NCBI GenBank assembly: GCA_964639075.1
Contig: CAZXCB010000001.1
Span: forward strand, 9,602-73,601
Origin: an uncultured Bifidobacteriaceae bacterium
GTDB taxonomy: Bacteria; Actinomycetota; Acidimicrobiia; IMCC26256; JAENVU01
Direction of reading: 5' to 3'
Length of the DNA: 64,000 nucleotides
This document shows, in pieces, positions 45,408-54,185 of this stretch; the stretch's first letter is position 1; the number at the start of each line of letters is the position of its first letter. The notes under the pieces were generated by a model. It ran no database searches. It was not told the DNA's origin and saw only the letters and a program-made list of their open reading frames with translations. Both the position numbers and the translations under genes were made by a program.

Positions 45408-45447
45408 CTGAACGAACGTTTGCTTGACTTCTGAACGAACGTTTGCT
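45408..45447. promoter_or_regulatory. Two perfect 17-bp direct repeats (CTGAACGAACGTTTGCT), 23-bp period; candidate TetR operators
   Basis: Copies at 45408-45424 and 45431-45447, read directly. Each contains the AACGTT palindrome. TTGACT (45424-45429) lies between them. Located between the VOC start (45373) and the P450 start (45459). Confidence 0.6.
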
Positions 45448-45458
45448 CAGATGTCCGG

Positions 45459-46745
45459 ATGACGATCTCTCCGCCCACCCGGTCACTCGACGCCCTCGAC
45501 TTCTGCGACCCGGCGCTCTACGACGATCCCTGGGACGTCTACCGCGAGCTGCGCGACGCGGGTCCGCTCCACCGCGACGAGGCGAACGACCTGTGGGTCG
45601 CCGGTCGCCACGAGGATGTCTTCCACCTCTCCCGCCACCCCGAGCTGTACTGCAACCGGTTCGGCGTCCGGCCCGTCGTCGCCGGCGACATGTCGATCAT
45701 CACGCTCGACGGCGAGGAGCACATCCGGACCCGCCGGCTGGTGAACCCCGGCTTCACGCCGCGGCGCGTCCGCGAGCTCGTCCCGCACATCCGCGAGCTG
45801 TCGAACCAGCTCATCGACGACATCGAGGCGAAGGGATCGATCGACTTCGTCGAGGACTTCGCGATCCACGTCCCGCTGATCATCATCTGCGAGCTGATGG
45901 GACTCGACCCCGAGCAGCGCATGAAGATGTACCGCTGGTCCGACGACATGATGGCGGGCGACGGGCACAGCGCCGCCGACTCCCCCGAGCTGCATGCGGC
46001 GGGCGTCGCGTTCGGCGAGTACGCGGAGATGTGCCTCGAGCTCATCGCCGAGCGCCGCGCGAACCCGACCGACACCGACCTGATCGGCCTGCTGACCCAG
46101 GCCTTCGACAACGGCGAGCTCACCAAGGAGTTCAAGGCGATGCCCGGCGTCTCCGAGGAGCGGCTCGCCGAGATCCTCGAGGAGCGCAGCCAGCTCTCCG
46201 ACGACGAGCTGCTCGCGTTCCTCACCATCCTGCTCGTCGCCGGGAACGAGACCACCCGCAACGCGATCTCCGGTGGCCTGCTCGCGCTGAGCCTGTTCCC
46301 GGAGGAGAAGCGGCGCCTCGCGGAGCGCATCGAGGACGACGCGTTCGTGGACCTGACGGTCGAGGAGATCCTCCGCTACGTCTCACCGGTGCTCGGCTTC
46401 ATCCGTACCGTCACCGAGGACCACACGTACCAGGACACGGAGCTGCGTGCGGGCGACCGCGTGCTCATGCTCTACCAGTCGGCCAACCGCGACGAGCGCG
46501 TCTTCGACCGCCCCGACGAGATGATCCTCGACCGCGACCCGAACCCCCACCTCGCGTTCGGGATCGGACCGCACTACTGCATGGGATCCAACCTCGCCCG
46601 CACGGAGGTCAAGGTCGTGTTCCAGGAGCTGTTCCGCCGCCTCCCCGACATCACGGTTCCCGACGGCGTGAAGCTCCAGCGCGGTGCGTCGACGCTCGTG
46701 CTCGCGCTCCAACATCTGCCCGCCCAGTGCCCGGTCGCGCACTGA
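45459..46745 (+). CDS. Cytochrome P450
   Basis: ORF 45459..46745. I-helix LLVAGNETTRN, EEILRY (ExxR), heme loop FGIGPHYCMGSNLA. Confidence 0.9.
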   Translation: MTISPPTRSLDALDFCDPALYDDPWDVYRELRDAGPLHRDEANDLWVAGRHEDVFHLSRHPELYCNRFGVRPVVAGDMSIITLDGEEHIRTRRLVNPGFTPRRVRELVPHIRELSNQLIDDIEAKGSIDFVEDFAIHVPLIIICELMGLDPEQRMKMYRWSDDMMAGDGHSAADSPELHAAGVAFGEYAEMCLELIAERRANPTDTDLIGLLTQAFDNGELTKEFKAMPGVSEERLAEILEERSQLSDDELLAFLTILLVAGNETTRNAISGGLLALSLFPEEKRRLAERIEDDAFVDLTVEEILRYVSPVLGFIRTVTEDHTYQDTELRAGDRVLMLYQSANRDERVFDRPDEMILDRDPNPHLAFGIGPHYCMGSNLARTEVKVVFQELFRRLPDITVPDGVKLQRGASTLVLALQHLPAQCPVAH

Positions 46746-47329
46746 TGAGCGCGTCCGCCGCGCCGACGACCCAACGGGATCGCATCCTCGACACCGCGCT
46801 CGACCTCATGGCCGAGCACGGCGCGTCGGCCACGTCGATGCGTCAGCTCGCGAGCGCGTGCAACCTCAACGTCGCCGCGCTGTACCACTACTTCCCGTCC
46901 AAGGCCGAGCTACTGCGCTCGGTCATCGAGGAGCGCCGCTACGCCCTGCGGCTCCGCGAGCTGCCCGAGGTCGACCCCTCGCTGCCCCCGCGCGAGCGTC
47001 TCGTCGCGCTGATCCTCGCGATCTGGGACGGCGTCCGCGAGGAGGAGGCGATCTGGCGCCTGCTGCTCGGCGAGGCGCTCCGCGGCGACGAGACCGCGGC
47101 ATCCGTCGGCCACGAGATCCTCGACGTGCTGCAACCCGCGCTCCGCGGCTGGATCGAGACGCTGTTCCCGGCCGACGTCGTACCCGCCGTCGACGCGGAC
47201 GCGGTGGCCACCGTGCTCCTCGGCCAGGTGGTCAGCTTCTTCATCAGCCAGCTGTTCCTCCCCCCGGACGACCGGGAGGCCGCGGCCCGCCGCGAGGCAG
47301 AGGCGCTCGTCGCCCTCGCGTTGGCGTAG
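46745..47329 (+). CDS. TetR/AcrR-family transcriptional regulator
   Basis: In frame within ORF 45443..47329. ATG at 46745 overlaps the P450 stop (TGATG). HTH sequence RDRILDTALDLMAEHGASATSMRQLASACNLNVAALYHYFPSK. Confidence 0.85.
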   Translation: MSASAAPTTQRDRILDTALDLMAEHGASATSMRQLASACNLNVAALYHYFPSKAELLRSVIEERRYALRLRELPEVDPSLPPRERLVALILAIWDGVREEEAIWRLLLGEALRGDETAASVGHEILDVLQPALRGWIETLFPADVVPAVDADAVATVLLGQVVSFFISQLFLPPDDREAAARREAEALVALALA

Positions 47330-47365
47330 CACCCGGACCGGACCTCGAGCACCGGCATCGGGGCG

Positions 47366-49114
47366 TCACATCAGTCCGACGCGCGCCAGCGCCGCGGCCG
47401 CGCCGAGGTCGCCGTCGATGGTGAGGCGGCGGGTCGCGAACGCGTCGGGACCACTCAGGTCCCCGTTCGCGATCAGCACGTAGTCGTCGCCGCTGGCGCG
47501 GATCGTGACCGTCACGTCGTCGCGCTCCGAGGGACTCGTCTCGACCTCGAGGGTGCCGTCGCGCAGCGTGACGATCCAGATCCCGCCGGCATCCCCGGTC
47601 AGTGCGAATTGCACGACGAGATCGACTCCATCGGCGCGAGCCGGGTCGAACCGGTCCGGCATGCGGGCGAACAGCGCCTCGGCCGACGCCACCCGCTCCG
47701 ACGCGGGCCTGGAGGCGATCTGGCGCTCCCGAGGCATGACGTCGGCTTCCATCGCCGCGATCGACTCGACGAGGATGTCGACGATCCGGTCGGCGATCGC
47801 CCGATCGATCGTGAGCGGCGGCGCCACGCCGACCGTCTCCATGCCCATCGCCCGGCAGTAGAGGCCGCGGTCCCAGGCCTCGAGCTCGACCTGGGTGCAC
47901 GCCTGGTGCGGGTGCGCGAATCCCCGCTTGGTGGTCTTCTCCGCGACGAGCTCGATCCCGATCATCAACCCGACGCCGCGGATGTCGCCCACGGTCTCGA
48001 ATCCATCGAGGCGATCACGCAGCTGCTCCTGGAGGTACGTGCCGACGTCGCGCGCGTTCGCGGCGAGGTCCTCGCGTTCGATCAGGTCGATGTTGGCGAT
48101 GGCCGCGGCACAGCACGTGGGGTGCCCCGAGTAGGTGAAGCCGTGACTGACCGGCATCTGATCGGGCAGACCTTCCGCGATCGTGGTCCAGACGTGACCG
48201 CCGACGACCGACGCGCCGAGCGGGAGATAGCCACTCGTGATGCCCTTGGCCAGGGTGACGATGTCCGGGCGGACGTCGTAGAGCTCCATGCCGAACATCG
48301 CACCCGCTCGACCGAACCCGGTCACGACCTCGTCGAGGATGAGCAGGATCCCGTGCTCGTCGCAGATCTCGCGGATGCGCTGGAAGTAGCCCGCCGGTGG
48401 CGGGACGATACCGGCGGCGCCGATGACCGGCTCCGCGATGAACGCGGCGATCGTGTCGGGGCCCTCGCGCTCGACGAGCCGGGCGAGCTCCTCGGCGCAC
48501 GCGATGCCGCACTCCGGGTACTCGAGACCGAGCTCGCACTTGTAGCAGTACGGCGCGGCGACGTGGTCGAAGCCCGGGGCTTCCGGCCCGAAGTTCCATC
48601 GCATGGGCATGATGCCGGTCGCGGTCATCGTCGCGATCGTGAGTCCGTGGTAGCCGTGGTGGCGGGCGACGATCGTGCACCGCTGCGGCTCGCCCTGCAC
48701 CGACCAGTACATCCGGGCGAGCTTGATGTTGGTCTCGTTGGCCTCCGAGCCGCCCGAGCTGAACATCACGTGGTCGAGCCCGTACTCGGGCGGGAACATC
48801 GACGTCAGCTTCTCGGCGAGCTCGATCGCACGGGGATGCGACTGGCCGTGGAACGTCGTGAAGTACTCGAGCTCCTCCATCTGCGCGGTGACCGCGGCGA
48901 TGATCTCGGGTCGGCGGTGCCCGACCGCGACGCACCACAGACCGGCGAACCCGTCGATGAGGCGTCGACCGCGATCGTCCGTGATCCACACGCCGTCTCC
49001 TTCGACGACGACGCGCGCGCCGACGTCGGTCATCTCCCTCGGCGCGGTCACCGGATGGATGACGTGGGCGGCGTCACGCACCGCGAGCGGTGTCATCGGC
49101 AGGGATCCGGTCAT
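47366..49114 (-). CDS. Class-III (omega-type) PLP aminotransferase fused to a C-terminal SCP2 sterol/lipid-binding domain
   Basis: C-terminal 582 codons of ORF 47366..49402, ATG at 49112-49114. LILDEVVTGFGRAG, and the PLP lysine in VTLAKGITSGY. The last ~110 aa, VQFALTGDAGGIWIVTLRDGTLEV...RRLTIDGDLGAAAALARV, are SCP2-like. Confidence 0.85.
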   Translation of the reverse strand: MTGSLPMTPLAVRDAAHVIHPVTAPREMTDVGARVVVEGDGVWITDDRGRRLIDGFAGLWCVAVGHRRPEIIAAVTAQMEELEYFTTFHGQSHPRAIELAEKLTSMFPPEYGLDHVMFSSGGSEANETNIKLARMYWSVQGEPQRCTIVARHHGYHGLTIATMTATGIMPMRWNFGPEAPGFDHVAAPYCYKCELGLEYPECGIACAEELARLVEREGPDTIAAFIAEPVIGAAGIVPPPAGYFQRIREICDEHGILLILDEVVTGFGRAGAMFGMELYDVRPDIVTLAKGITSGYLPLGASVVGGHVWTTIAEGLPDQMPVSHGFTYSGHPTCCAAAIANIDLIEREDLAANARDVGTYLQEQLRDRLDGFETVGDIRGVGLMIGIELVAEKTTKRGFAHPHQACTQVELEAWDRGLYCRAMGMETVGVAPPLTIDRAIADRIVDILVESIAAMEADVMPRERQIASRPASERVASAEALFARMPDRFDPARADGVDLVVQFALTGDAGGIWIVTLRDGTLEVETSPSERDDVTVTIRASGDDYVLIANGDLSGPDAFATRRLTIDGDLGAAAALARVGLM

Positions 49115-49734
49115 CGTGTCCTCGCTCTCGCTCGGGCCGGACGGGACGCGCCCGGCGGGCTCGCCGGCCGGAGCGATCGGACGAGGTGCTCGACCACCGC
49201 GACCGCGGCGTCGCGGTCGCCGGTGCGCAACACATGCAACGTCGCCTCGGCCCACGCGCCGCTCAACACGCGTGCCAGGGCGTCCGGGTCGAGCTCCACG
49301 ATCTCGCCGCGTGCGGCGGCCGCGGCGAGGACGTCGCGCACCATCGTCACGGCGTTCTCGTGATCGGCGCGGCCGGCCTCGTCCAATGCGGGGATGACCC
49401 ATGCGTCGCGCAGGAAGAAGCGGGCTTCGTCGAGGTCGTGCAGCGCCGCCAGGTACGCGTGGAACGACGCCAGCATCTTCGACACGATGTCGCCCTCGAC
49501 CGGCATCGCCGCGATCGAGATGGTGCTCAGGCGCTCGTAGAGGCGGTGTTGGAGCTCGCGACCGATCTCGTCCTTGTCGGCGAACCAGTAGTAGACCGCG
49601 CCCTTCGTCACGTCGGCGGCCGCGGCGATCTCCTCGATCGACACCGCCGCGTAGCCGCGCCGGGCGAACTCGCGCAGCGCGGTCGCCAGAATGCGGTCGC
49701 GCGTCTCCTGGCCTCGCGGCATCCGGCGGGCCAT
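49111..49734 (-). CDS. TetR/AcrR-family transcriptional regulator
   Basis: ORF 49111..49806, ATG at 49732-49734 (MARRMPRGQETRDRILATALREFARRGYAAVSIEEIAAAADVTKGAVYYWF). The stop overlaps the aminotransferase start (ATGA). Confidence 0.8.
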   Translation of the reverse strand: MARRMPRGQETRDRILATALREFARRGYAAVSIEEIAAAADVTKGAVYYWFADKDEIGRELQHRLYERLSTISIAAMPVEGDIVSKMLASFHAYLAALHDLDEARFFLRDAWVIPALDEAGRADHENAVTMVRDVLAAAAARGEIVELDPDALARVLSGAWAEATLHVLRTGDRDAAVAVVEHLVRSLRPASPPGASRPARARARTR

Positions 49735-49810
49735 CGTCAACCCGCCATGCGAAGTGGGTCGTTCACGGAGGCTCCTCGCCCGGCCCGATCCGGCCGGCTC
49801 GACCACGGAA

Positions 49811-49841
49811 CATACGTAGCGTATGTATTTCGTACGCTACG
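49811..49841. promoter_or_regulatory. Nested dyads in an AT-richer patch upstream of the TetR-aminotransferase operon
   Basis: CATACG-TAG-CGTATG (49811-49825) and CGTAGCGTA-N9-TACGCTACG (49815-49841), read directly. They lie 77-107 bp upstream of the TetR ATG and 29 bp downstream of the PPOX-like stop. Confidence 0.5.
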
Positions 49842-49869
49842 CAGCAAGCCGCGATCGAGGAGCCCGCGC

Positions 49870-50322
49870 TCAGTCGGTCATGACGATTCGTCGGCCCGAC
49901 ACGAGCTCGCACCGGATCCGCACGACGTGGTCGCGGGCGCCGCGCGCCCACGGGCGGACCGGGAGGGGTTCGAGCGGCGCGAGCTCCTCGGCCCCGACCT
50001 CGGTCGCCTGACCGATCATCAGCACGCTCCAACCGGCGTGACCGGCGGCGTCGAAGTCGTCGACCTCGAACGCGACCACGGTGCGATCGAGCGCGGCCGA
50101 GAGCTTCGTGCCGGCGGCCGTCCGGAAGATGACGTCGTGGCCGACCAGGCAGAAGTTGACGGGGAAGACCGCGGGGAGCGCACCGCACGAGACCGCGACG
50201 CGGCCGATCGGGCGGCGGGCCGCGAGTGCGAAGCACTCCGCCTCGCTCAGGGTCTCGAGCCCGGCATCGACGACCCCCGAGGTCTCGAACTCCGAGTACG
50301 GATCGTACGAACCCCCTCGCAT
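49870..50322 (-). CDS. Pyridoxamine 5'-phosphate oxidase-family (flavin/F420-binding split-barrel) protein
   Basis: ORF 49870..50322. The pattern LSEAECFALAARRPIGRVAV...PAVFPVNFCLVGHDVIFRTAAGTKL is typical of the family. Confidence 0.75.
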   Translation of the reverse strand: MRGGSYDPYSEFETSGVVDAGLETLSEAECFALAARRPIGRVAVSCGALPAVFPVNFCLVGHDVIFRTAAGTKLSAALDRTVVAFEVDDFDAAGHAGWSVLMIGQATEVGAEELAPLEPLPVRPWARGARDHVVRIRCELVSGRRIVMTD

Positions 50323-50501
50323 CGCCCCACGGTGGGCGCGCCTGCGTTGCGTCGCCAGGGGCGAAGGACCCGGGCGAGTCGCCGGCGGATCACCCCTTGC
50401 GGCGGGGGCGGTCTGCCGTCATGCTGGGAGACCTCGCCGGGGCGTCACGGCGCCCGGGACGGCCCGGCGCGATGTTGCCGACCGGGTGCCCGGAGGTGCC
50501 C

Positions 50502-50933
50502 ATGCTCGTCGAGGCGATCCTCGCTCGGAAGGGCCGCGAGGTCTTCACCGTCGATCCCTACGCGACCATCGGCACGGTGACCGAGCTCCTCCGAACCCAC
50601 CACGTCGGCGCCCTCGTCGTGTCGACCGACGGCGTCGCGGTCGGGGGCATCGTGTCCGAACGTGACATCGTCCGCGCCATCGCGGAGACCGGGCACCAGG
50701 CGCTGGGCGCGCCGGTCGCGTCGGTCATGACCGAGGACGTCGTCACCTGCACTCCGGCGACGACGACCGAAGAGCTGATGGGAACGGTCACCACCCGCCG
50801 CATCCGTCACGTGCCCGTCGTCGACGAGAGCCGGCTGATCGGCCTGGTCTCGATCGGCGACATCGTCGCGGCGCGGGTCCACGAGCTGGAGGAGGAGGCG
50901 CACCTCCTGCACGAGTACATCAACTCGCGCTGA
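50502..50933 (+). CDS. CBS-domain pair protein
   Basis: In frame within ORF 50226..50933. ATG at 50502 lies 5 nt after GGAGG. Two CBS repeats (HHVGALVV...GIVSERDIV; RRIRHVPVV...GLVSIGDIV). Confidence 0.85.
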   Translation: MLVEAILARKGREVFTVDPYATIGTVTELLRTHHVGALVVSTDGVAVGGIVSERDIVRAIAETGHQALGAPVASVMTEDVVTCTPATTTEELMGTVTTRRIRHVPVVDESRLIGLVSIGDIVAARVHELEEEAHLLHEYINSR

Positions 50934-50934
50934 G

Positions 50935-51162
50935 GCGTACCGACCTTCGGCGGTCGCGGGCCGTCAGTCGATCCACGCGATCACCTCGGCGATCGCGGCA
51001 ACCGACACGGACATCCACGCGGCGAGCGTCGCCACGTGTGACGGCATCGCGCAGGACCGCTTCGACCTCGCCGATCGGACCGGCGGGAAGATCGACGCCG
51101 CGCGTCAGCAGGAGATCCGCCGCGCGCTCACCGGCGTCGTCGACGCCGTGGCGGCTCGATAG
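50935..51162 (+). pseudogene. Start-less ACT-domain remnant (GlnD/ACT-protein C-terminus-like)
   Basis: The frame reads ...SIHAITSAIAATDTDIHAASVATCDGIAQDRFDLADRTGGKIDAARQQEIRRALTGVVDAVAAR and ends at TAG 51160-51162. No ATG/GTG/TTG occurs in frame back into the CBS gene, so it is absent from the ORF track. Confidence 0.35.
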
Positions 51163-51207
51163 CGCGTCGGTGCGCGTCCGCGTGGAGATCCTGCGGCGAG
51201 GGTCCGG

Positions 51208-52986
51208 TCAGGTGTCGTCGTTCATGACCCGCACCGTGCCGATGCCGTCGCGGACACCGGCACCGGTGACGGTGACCGTGAACGTCTCCGCGGAGAAGGC
51301 CCCGTTCTCGTCGGTGTTGTCGCCGAAGACCGTCACCAGGAGCGCGAGGCTCGTCTTCCCGGCCCTGAGCGTCTTGACCTTGGCGATCGTCACGGGCAGG
51401 AAGTCGTCGCCGACGGTCTTGCCGTTGACGGCCGTCGCGCCCTTGAAGACGCCGACGACATCCGAGCCGTTCGTGATCGTGTAGGTGAGCGCCGTGTCGA
51501 GCAGGACCGGACTCGACGCCTGGATCGGGATGACGGCAGTGCCCTTGCACCGCAACGCACCACCGCAGGCGACGGCTTCTCCCGTCTCGTAGACCGTCGC
51601 GTCGCCGACGGAGATCCCGGTGTCGGGCTCGATCGTGTCATCGTCGTCGACGATCGTGACCATCCCGACATCGTCGTTGGCGACGAGCCCACTCGACACG
51701 CTGACGACCTGGACGATGATCGTCTCGGTCGACTCCGCGCTCTGGTCGGGAGTGATCGGGATGGTGAACTTGGCAGTGCTCTTGCCGGCCAGGATCTTGA
51801 GGACCTTCGGCTTCGTCGCAGGCGTGTGCTTGTAGTCCGACGCCGTCGGGACGGTCTCGGTGCCCTTCAGGGTGCCGTTGGCCGATCCGCCCGTCGTGTT
51901 GTCGGCGATGACCGTCACCGTGGAGTCGACCACAGCCGGCTGGCTCAGTGAGACGACGACGCTCGCCGAGCTCTTGCAGTCGATGCCGGCGCAACCGTGC
52001 GCGCCGAGGCCGCCGTCGCCCTCGTGGACGGTGACGTCACCGACGTTGACGTCGATGCCCGACTGATCCGCATAGTCGTGGGTCGACGTGATGAACGCCC
52101 ATTGCGAGGTGCTGTTGTCGACCGACGCCGTACCGAAGACGAAGAAGTTGAAGAAGCCGCACCGCGTGTCCGGCGAGGTCAGGGGCACGGCGTCGAAGAC
52201 GTCGCCGAACAGCAGCACCGGCTTCGCGTTCTTGCCGGCCATCGGGTTGGCGACGGTCGGGTCCTGGACCTTGGTGAGGCTGCCCGGAGCGGTGTCACCG
52301 CTGAGCGAGGCGTTCGTCGACGTGACGTCGGCCGCGCACTGGACCGGTGTCGGCCCACCCCACGGATCCATGCCCCCGGCACCGTCGAAGTCGAACACGA
52401 CCCAGCTCTGGCCGGCGGTGAGGTCGGTGTCGCACCGGATGTCGAGCGTCGTGTCGAGTCGCAGCCGCATGGTGAGCGTGCCCGCGTTGAGGTTGCCCGT
52501 GTGCGCCCCGAGGTCGCTGAATGCCGTCGTCACCTTCGCCACGAGCAGGTCGTCGTCGCAGACGCCCGCGGTCGGCGACGCCGATGCCCGCACGAACTCG
52601 AACGGCGTGAACGACGACGACACCGAGAAGTTCGTCGCGCCGTCGATCGTTCCGGTGAACTCGATCGGGTCCGGAGCCTGGAAGCCCGCGGTGGTCTCGT
52701 CGTCGTCGTAGATGCTCGTGCAGGCCGGGTCGGACCCGAAGTCGACCAGACCGTCGGGGGCGCCGAACGGCGCCAGGAACTCGTTGTCGGCGCCGTCCTG
52801 GCATTGCGTCGACGCGCCGCCGAGCGACGAGCTCTGCTGGCTCCCGAAGCCGAATGCGCCGCCGACGAGGGACATCTGGAACGCCGCCGCGTGGGCCGCC
52901 GGTGCCGCAGCGATCGAAGCCCCGGCCAGGAGGGCGAGCGTGGCGCCGAGGCCGGCGACGCGTCGGCCGATACGTCCGTTCACCAT
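51208..52986 (-). CDS. Secreted protein: unknown N-terminal module plus two Calx-beta-like domains
   Basis: ORF 51208..53022. ATG at 52984-52986 is preceded by GGGGGAGGG. Signal peptide ends ...AAPAAHA. The C-terminal domains end in VTIVDDDD and VRVMNDDT. Confidence 0.8.
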   Translation of the reverse strand: MVNGRIGRRVAGLGATLALLAGASIAAAPAAHAAAFQMSLVGGAFGFGSQQSSSLGGASTQCQDGADNEFLAPFGAPDGLVDFGSDPACTSIYDDDETTAGFQAPDPIEFTGTIDGATNFSVSSSFTPFEFVRASASPTAGVCDDDLLVAKVTTAFSDLGAHTGNLNAGTLTMRLRLDTTLDIRCDTDLTAGQSWVVFDFDGAGGMDPWGGPTPVQCAADVTSTNASLSGDTAPGSLTKVQDPTVANPMAGKNAKPVLLFGDVFDAVPLTSPDTRCGFFNFFVFGTASVDNSTSQWAFITSTHDYADQSGIDVNVGDVTVHEGDGGLGAHGCAGIDCKSSASVVVSLSQPAVVDSTVTVIADNTTGGSANGTLKGTETVPTASDYKHTPATKPKVLKILAGKSTAKFTIPITPDQSAESTETIIVQVVSVSSGLVANDDVGMVTIVDDDDTIEPDTGISVGDATVYETGEAVACGGALRCKGTAVIPIQASSPVLLDTALTYTITNGSDVVGVFKGATAVNGKTVGDDFLPVTIAKVKTLRAGKTSLALLVTVFGDNTDENGAFSAETFTVTVTGAGVRDGIGTVRVMNDDT

Positions 52987-53128
52987 AACGAGCCCTCCCC
53001 CAGGGTCGGTCAGCGACCCCATGTAAGCATCTCGACACGGTCGCGCGCCCGCGTGAGCCGAGATCGTGCGCTTCTCGGCGTCCTCGAGGGCGTGACCGAG
53101 GCCGTCGCCGTCCGTCGGATGCGGGCGG

Positions 53129-54145
53129 TCACCGCGCGAGGCGCGCTCCGGTCACCGCCGTCAGCGCGGCCGTCGCCGCCGGGATCAACACCCCGAACGG
53201 GTGGTCGCCACCCGCGCCGTCGCGTGCCTCGATGCCGGCGGCCTCGAGGAGGATCCGGGTGCCGTGCAGCGCGCGGTACCAGTCCAGGTGGGCCAGGTCG
53301 TGCCCCGGTGCGAGCGCTCGATACCGGGCCTCGAACCGCCGCGCGACGCGAGCCCCGACGCGACGGATGACCGCCGCGAGTGGCGCCGGCGCGGCGAGCG
53401 GCGGGTTGGCGAGGAGGAGCGCGGTGAACGCGACGTCGTAGGCCGGCTCGGCCCGGATGGACGCGGTCCAGTCGATCACCGTGACCTCACCGGTCTCCTG
53501 CACGAGGAGGTTGAACGGATGCAGATCGCCATGACAGATCACGGTCGGGCCTTCGAGGGGACGACGCCCGGTGAGCGCGCGCAGCGCACCGACGAGGTCG
53601 GACCGACCGAGCGCCTCGGCGCCTTCGCCGAAGTGGTGCAGCAGCTGGTCGACGCTCCACGCCGCCGTCGGCGCGGCCGCGCGCACCGCGTCGCTCACCG
53701 GCCCGGGATCGAGCGCGTGCAACGCCGTCATCGGCGCGGCGAGCTGCCCCGGCAGCCGCGACAGCAGTCGTGGCGCCCGGCGCAGCGCGCCGATACCGTC
53801 GAGGTCGCCGAGCGGCGGTGCCCCGACCGCGAAGTCCATCACCGACCAGGTGCCTCCGAGCTCCGCGTCGGCCGGTCCGATCAACCTGACGTGCGGGGTC
53901 GGGCACCCGAGCTCGGCCACGACGTGCTGCACGGCGAGCTCCTTCGCTCCCATCGTGGCGTCGGGCGCGATCCGGAACACCAGCTCGGTGGGCACGTCGG
54001 CCGGCTGGCCGCGGAGCCGGATCCGGTACATCGAGGCCCAGAACCCACCGGTGAGCGCGACAGGGTCCGACAGGAGGGACACCCCCGGCCAGGCGTCCGC
54101 CACCCGCGCCTCGATCAGACCTGCGATATCGGATTTGAGCGTCAC
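53129..54145 (-). CDS. Aminoglycoside/antibiotic phosphotransferase (APH) family kinase
   Basis: In frame within ORF 53129..54289. GTG at 54143-54145 (MTLKSDIAGLIEAR...). Catalytic loop ICHGDLHPFNLLV followed by VIDW. Confidence 0.75.
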   Translation of the reverse strand: MTLKSDIAGLIEARVADAWPGVSLLSDPVALTGGFWASMYRIRLRGQPADVPTELVFRIAPDATMGAKELAVQHVVAELGCPTPHVRLIGPADAELGGTWSVMDFAVGAPPLGDLDGIGALRRAPRLLSRLPGQLAAPMTALHALDPGPVSDAVRAAAPTAAWSVDQLLHHFGEGAEALGRSDLVGALRALTGRRPLEGPTVICHGDLHPFNLLVQETGEVTVIDWTASIRAEPAYDVAFTALLLANPPLAAPAPLAAVIRRVGARVARRFEARYRALAPGHDLAHLDWYRALHGTRILLEAAGIEARDGAGGDHPFGVLIPAATAALTAVTGARLAR

Positions 54146-54181
54146 GGTCTTTACCGTAACAGTGATATCTGGTATCGTCCA
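54144..54181. promoter_or_regulatory. Compact divergent control region: dyad ACGGT-CTTT-ACCGT plus candidate overlapping back-to-back promoters
   Basis: Plus strand: TTTACC (54150-55), 17 nt, TATCGT (54173-78), then 7 nt to the MerR ATG. Minus strand: TGGACG (54176-81), 17 nt, TACGGT (54153-58), then 7 nt to the APH GTG. Promoter assignment is by eye only. Confidence 0.4.
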
Positions 54182-54185
54182 CCCG

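Noticed and set aside
54125-54169. Two GATATC sites flanking the MerR/APH control region as arms of a large inverted repeat.
   Set aside because: The sequences between each GATATC and the central dyad differ in length and content, so the symmetry does not extend.
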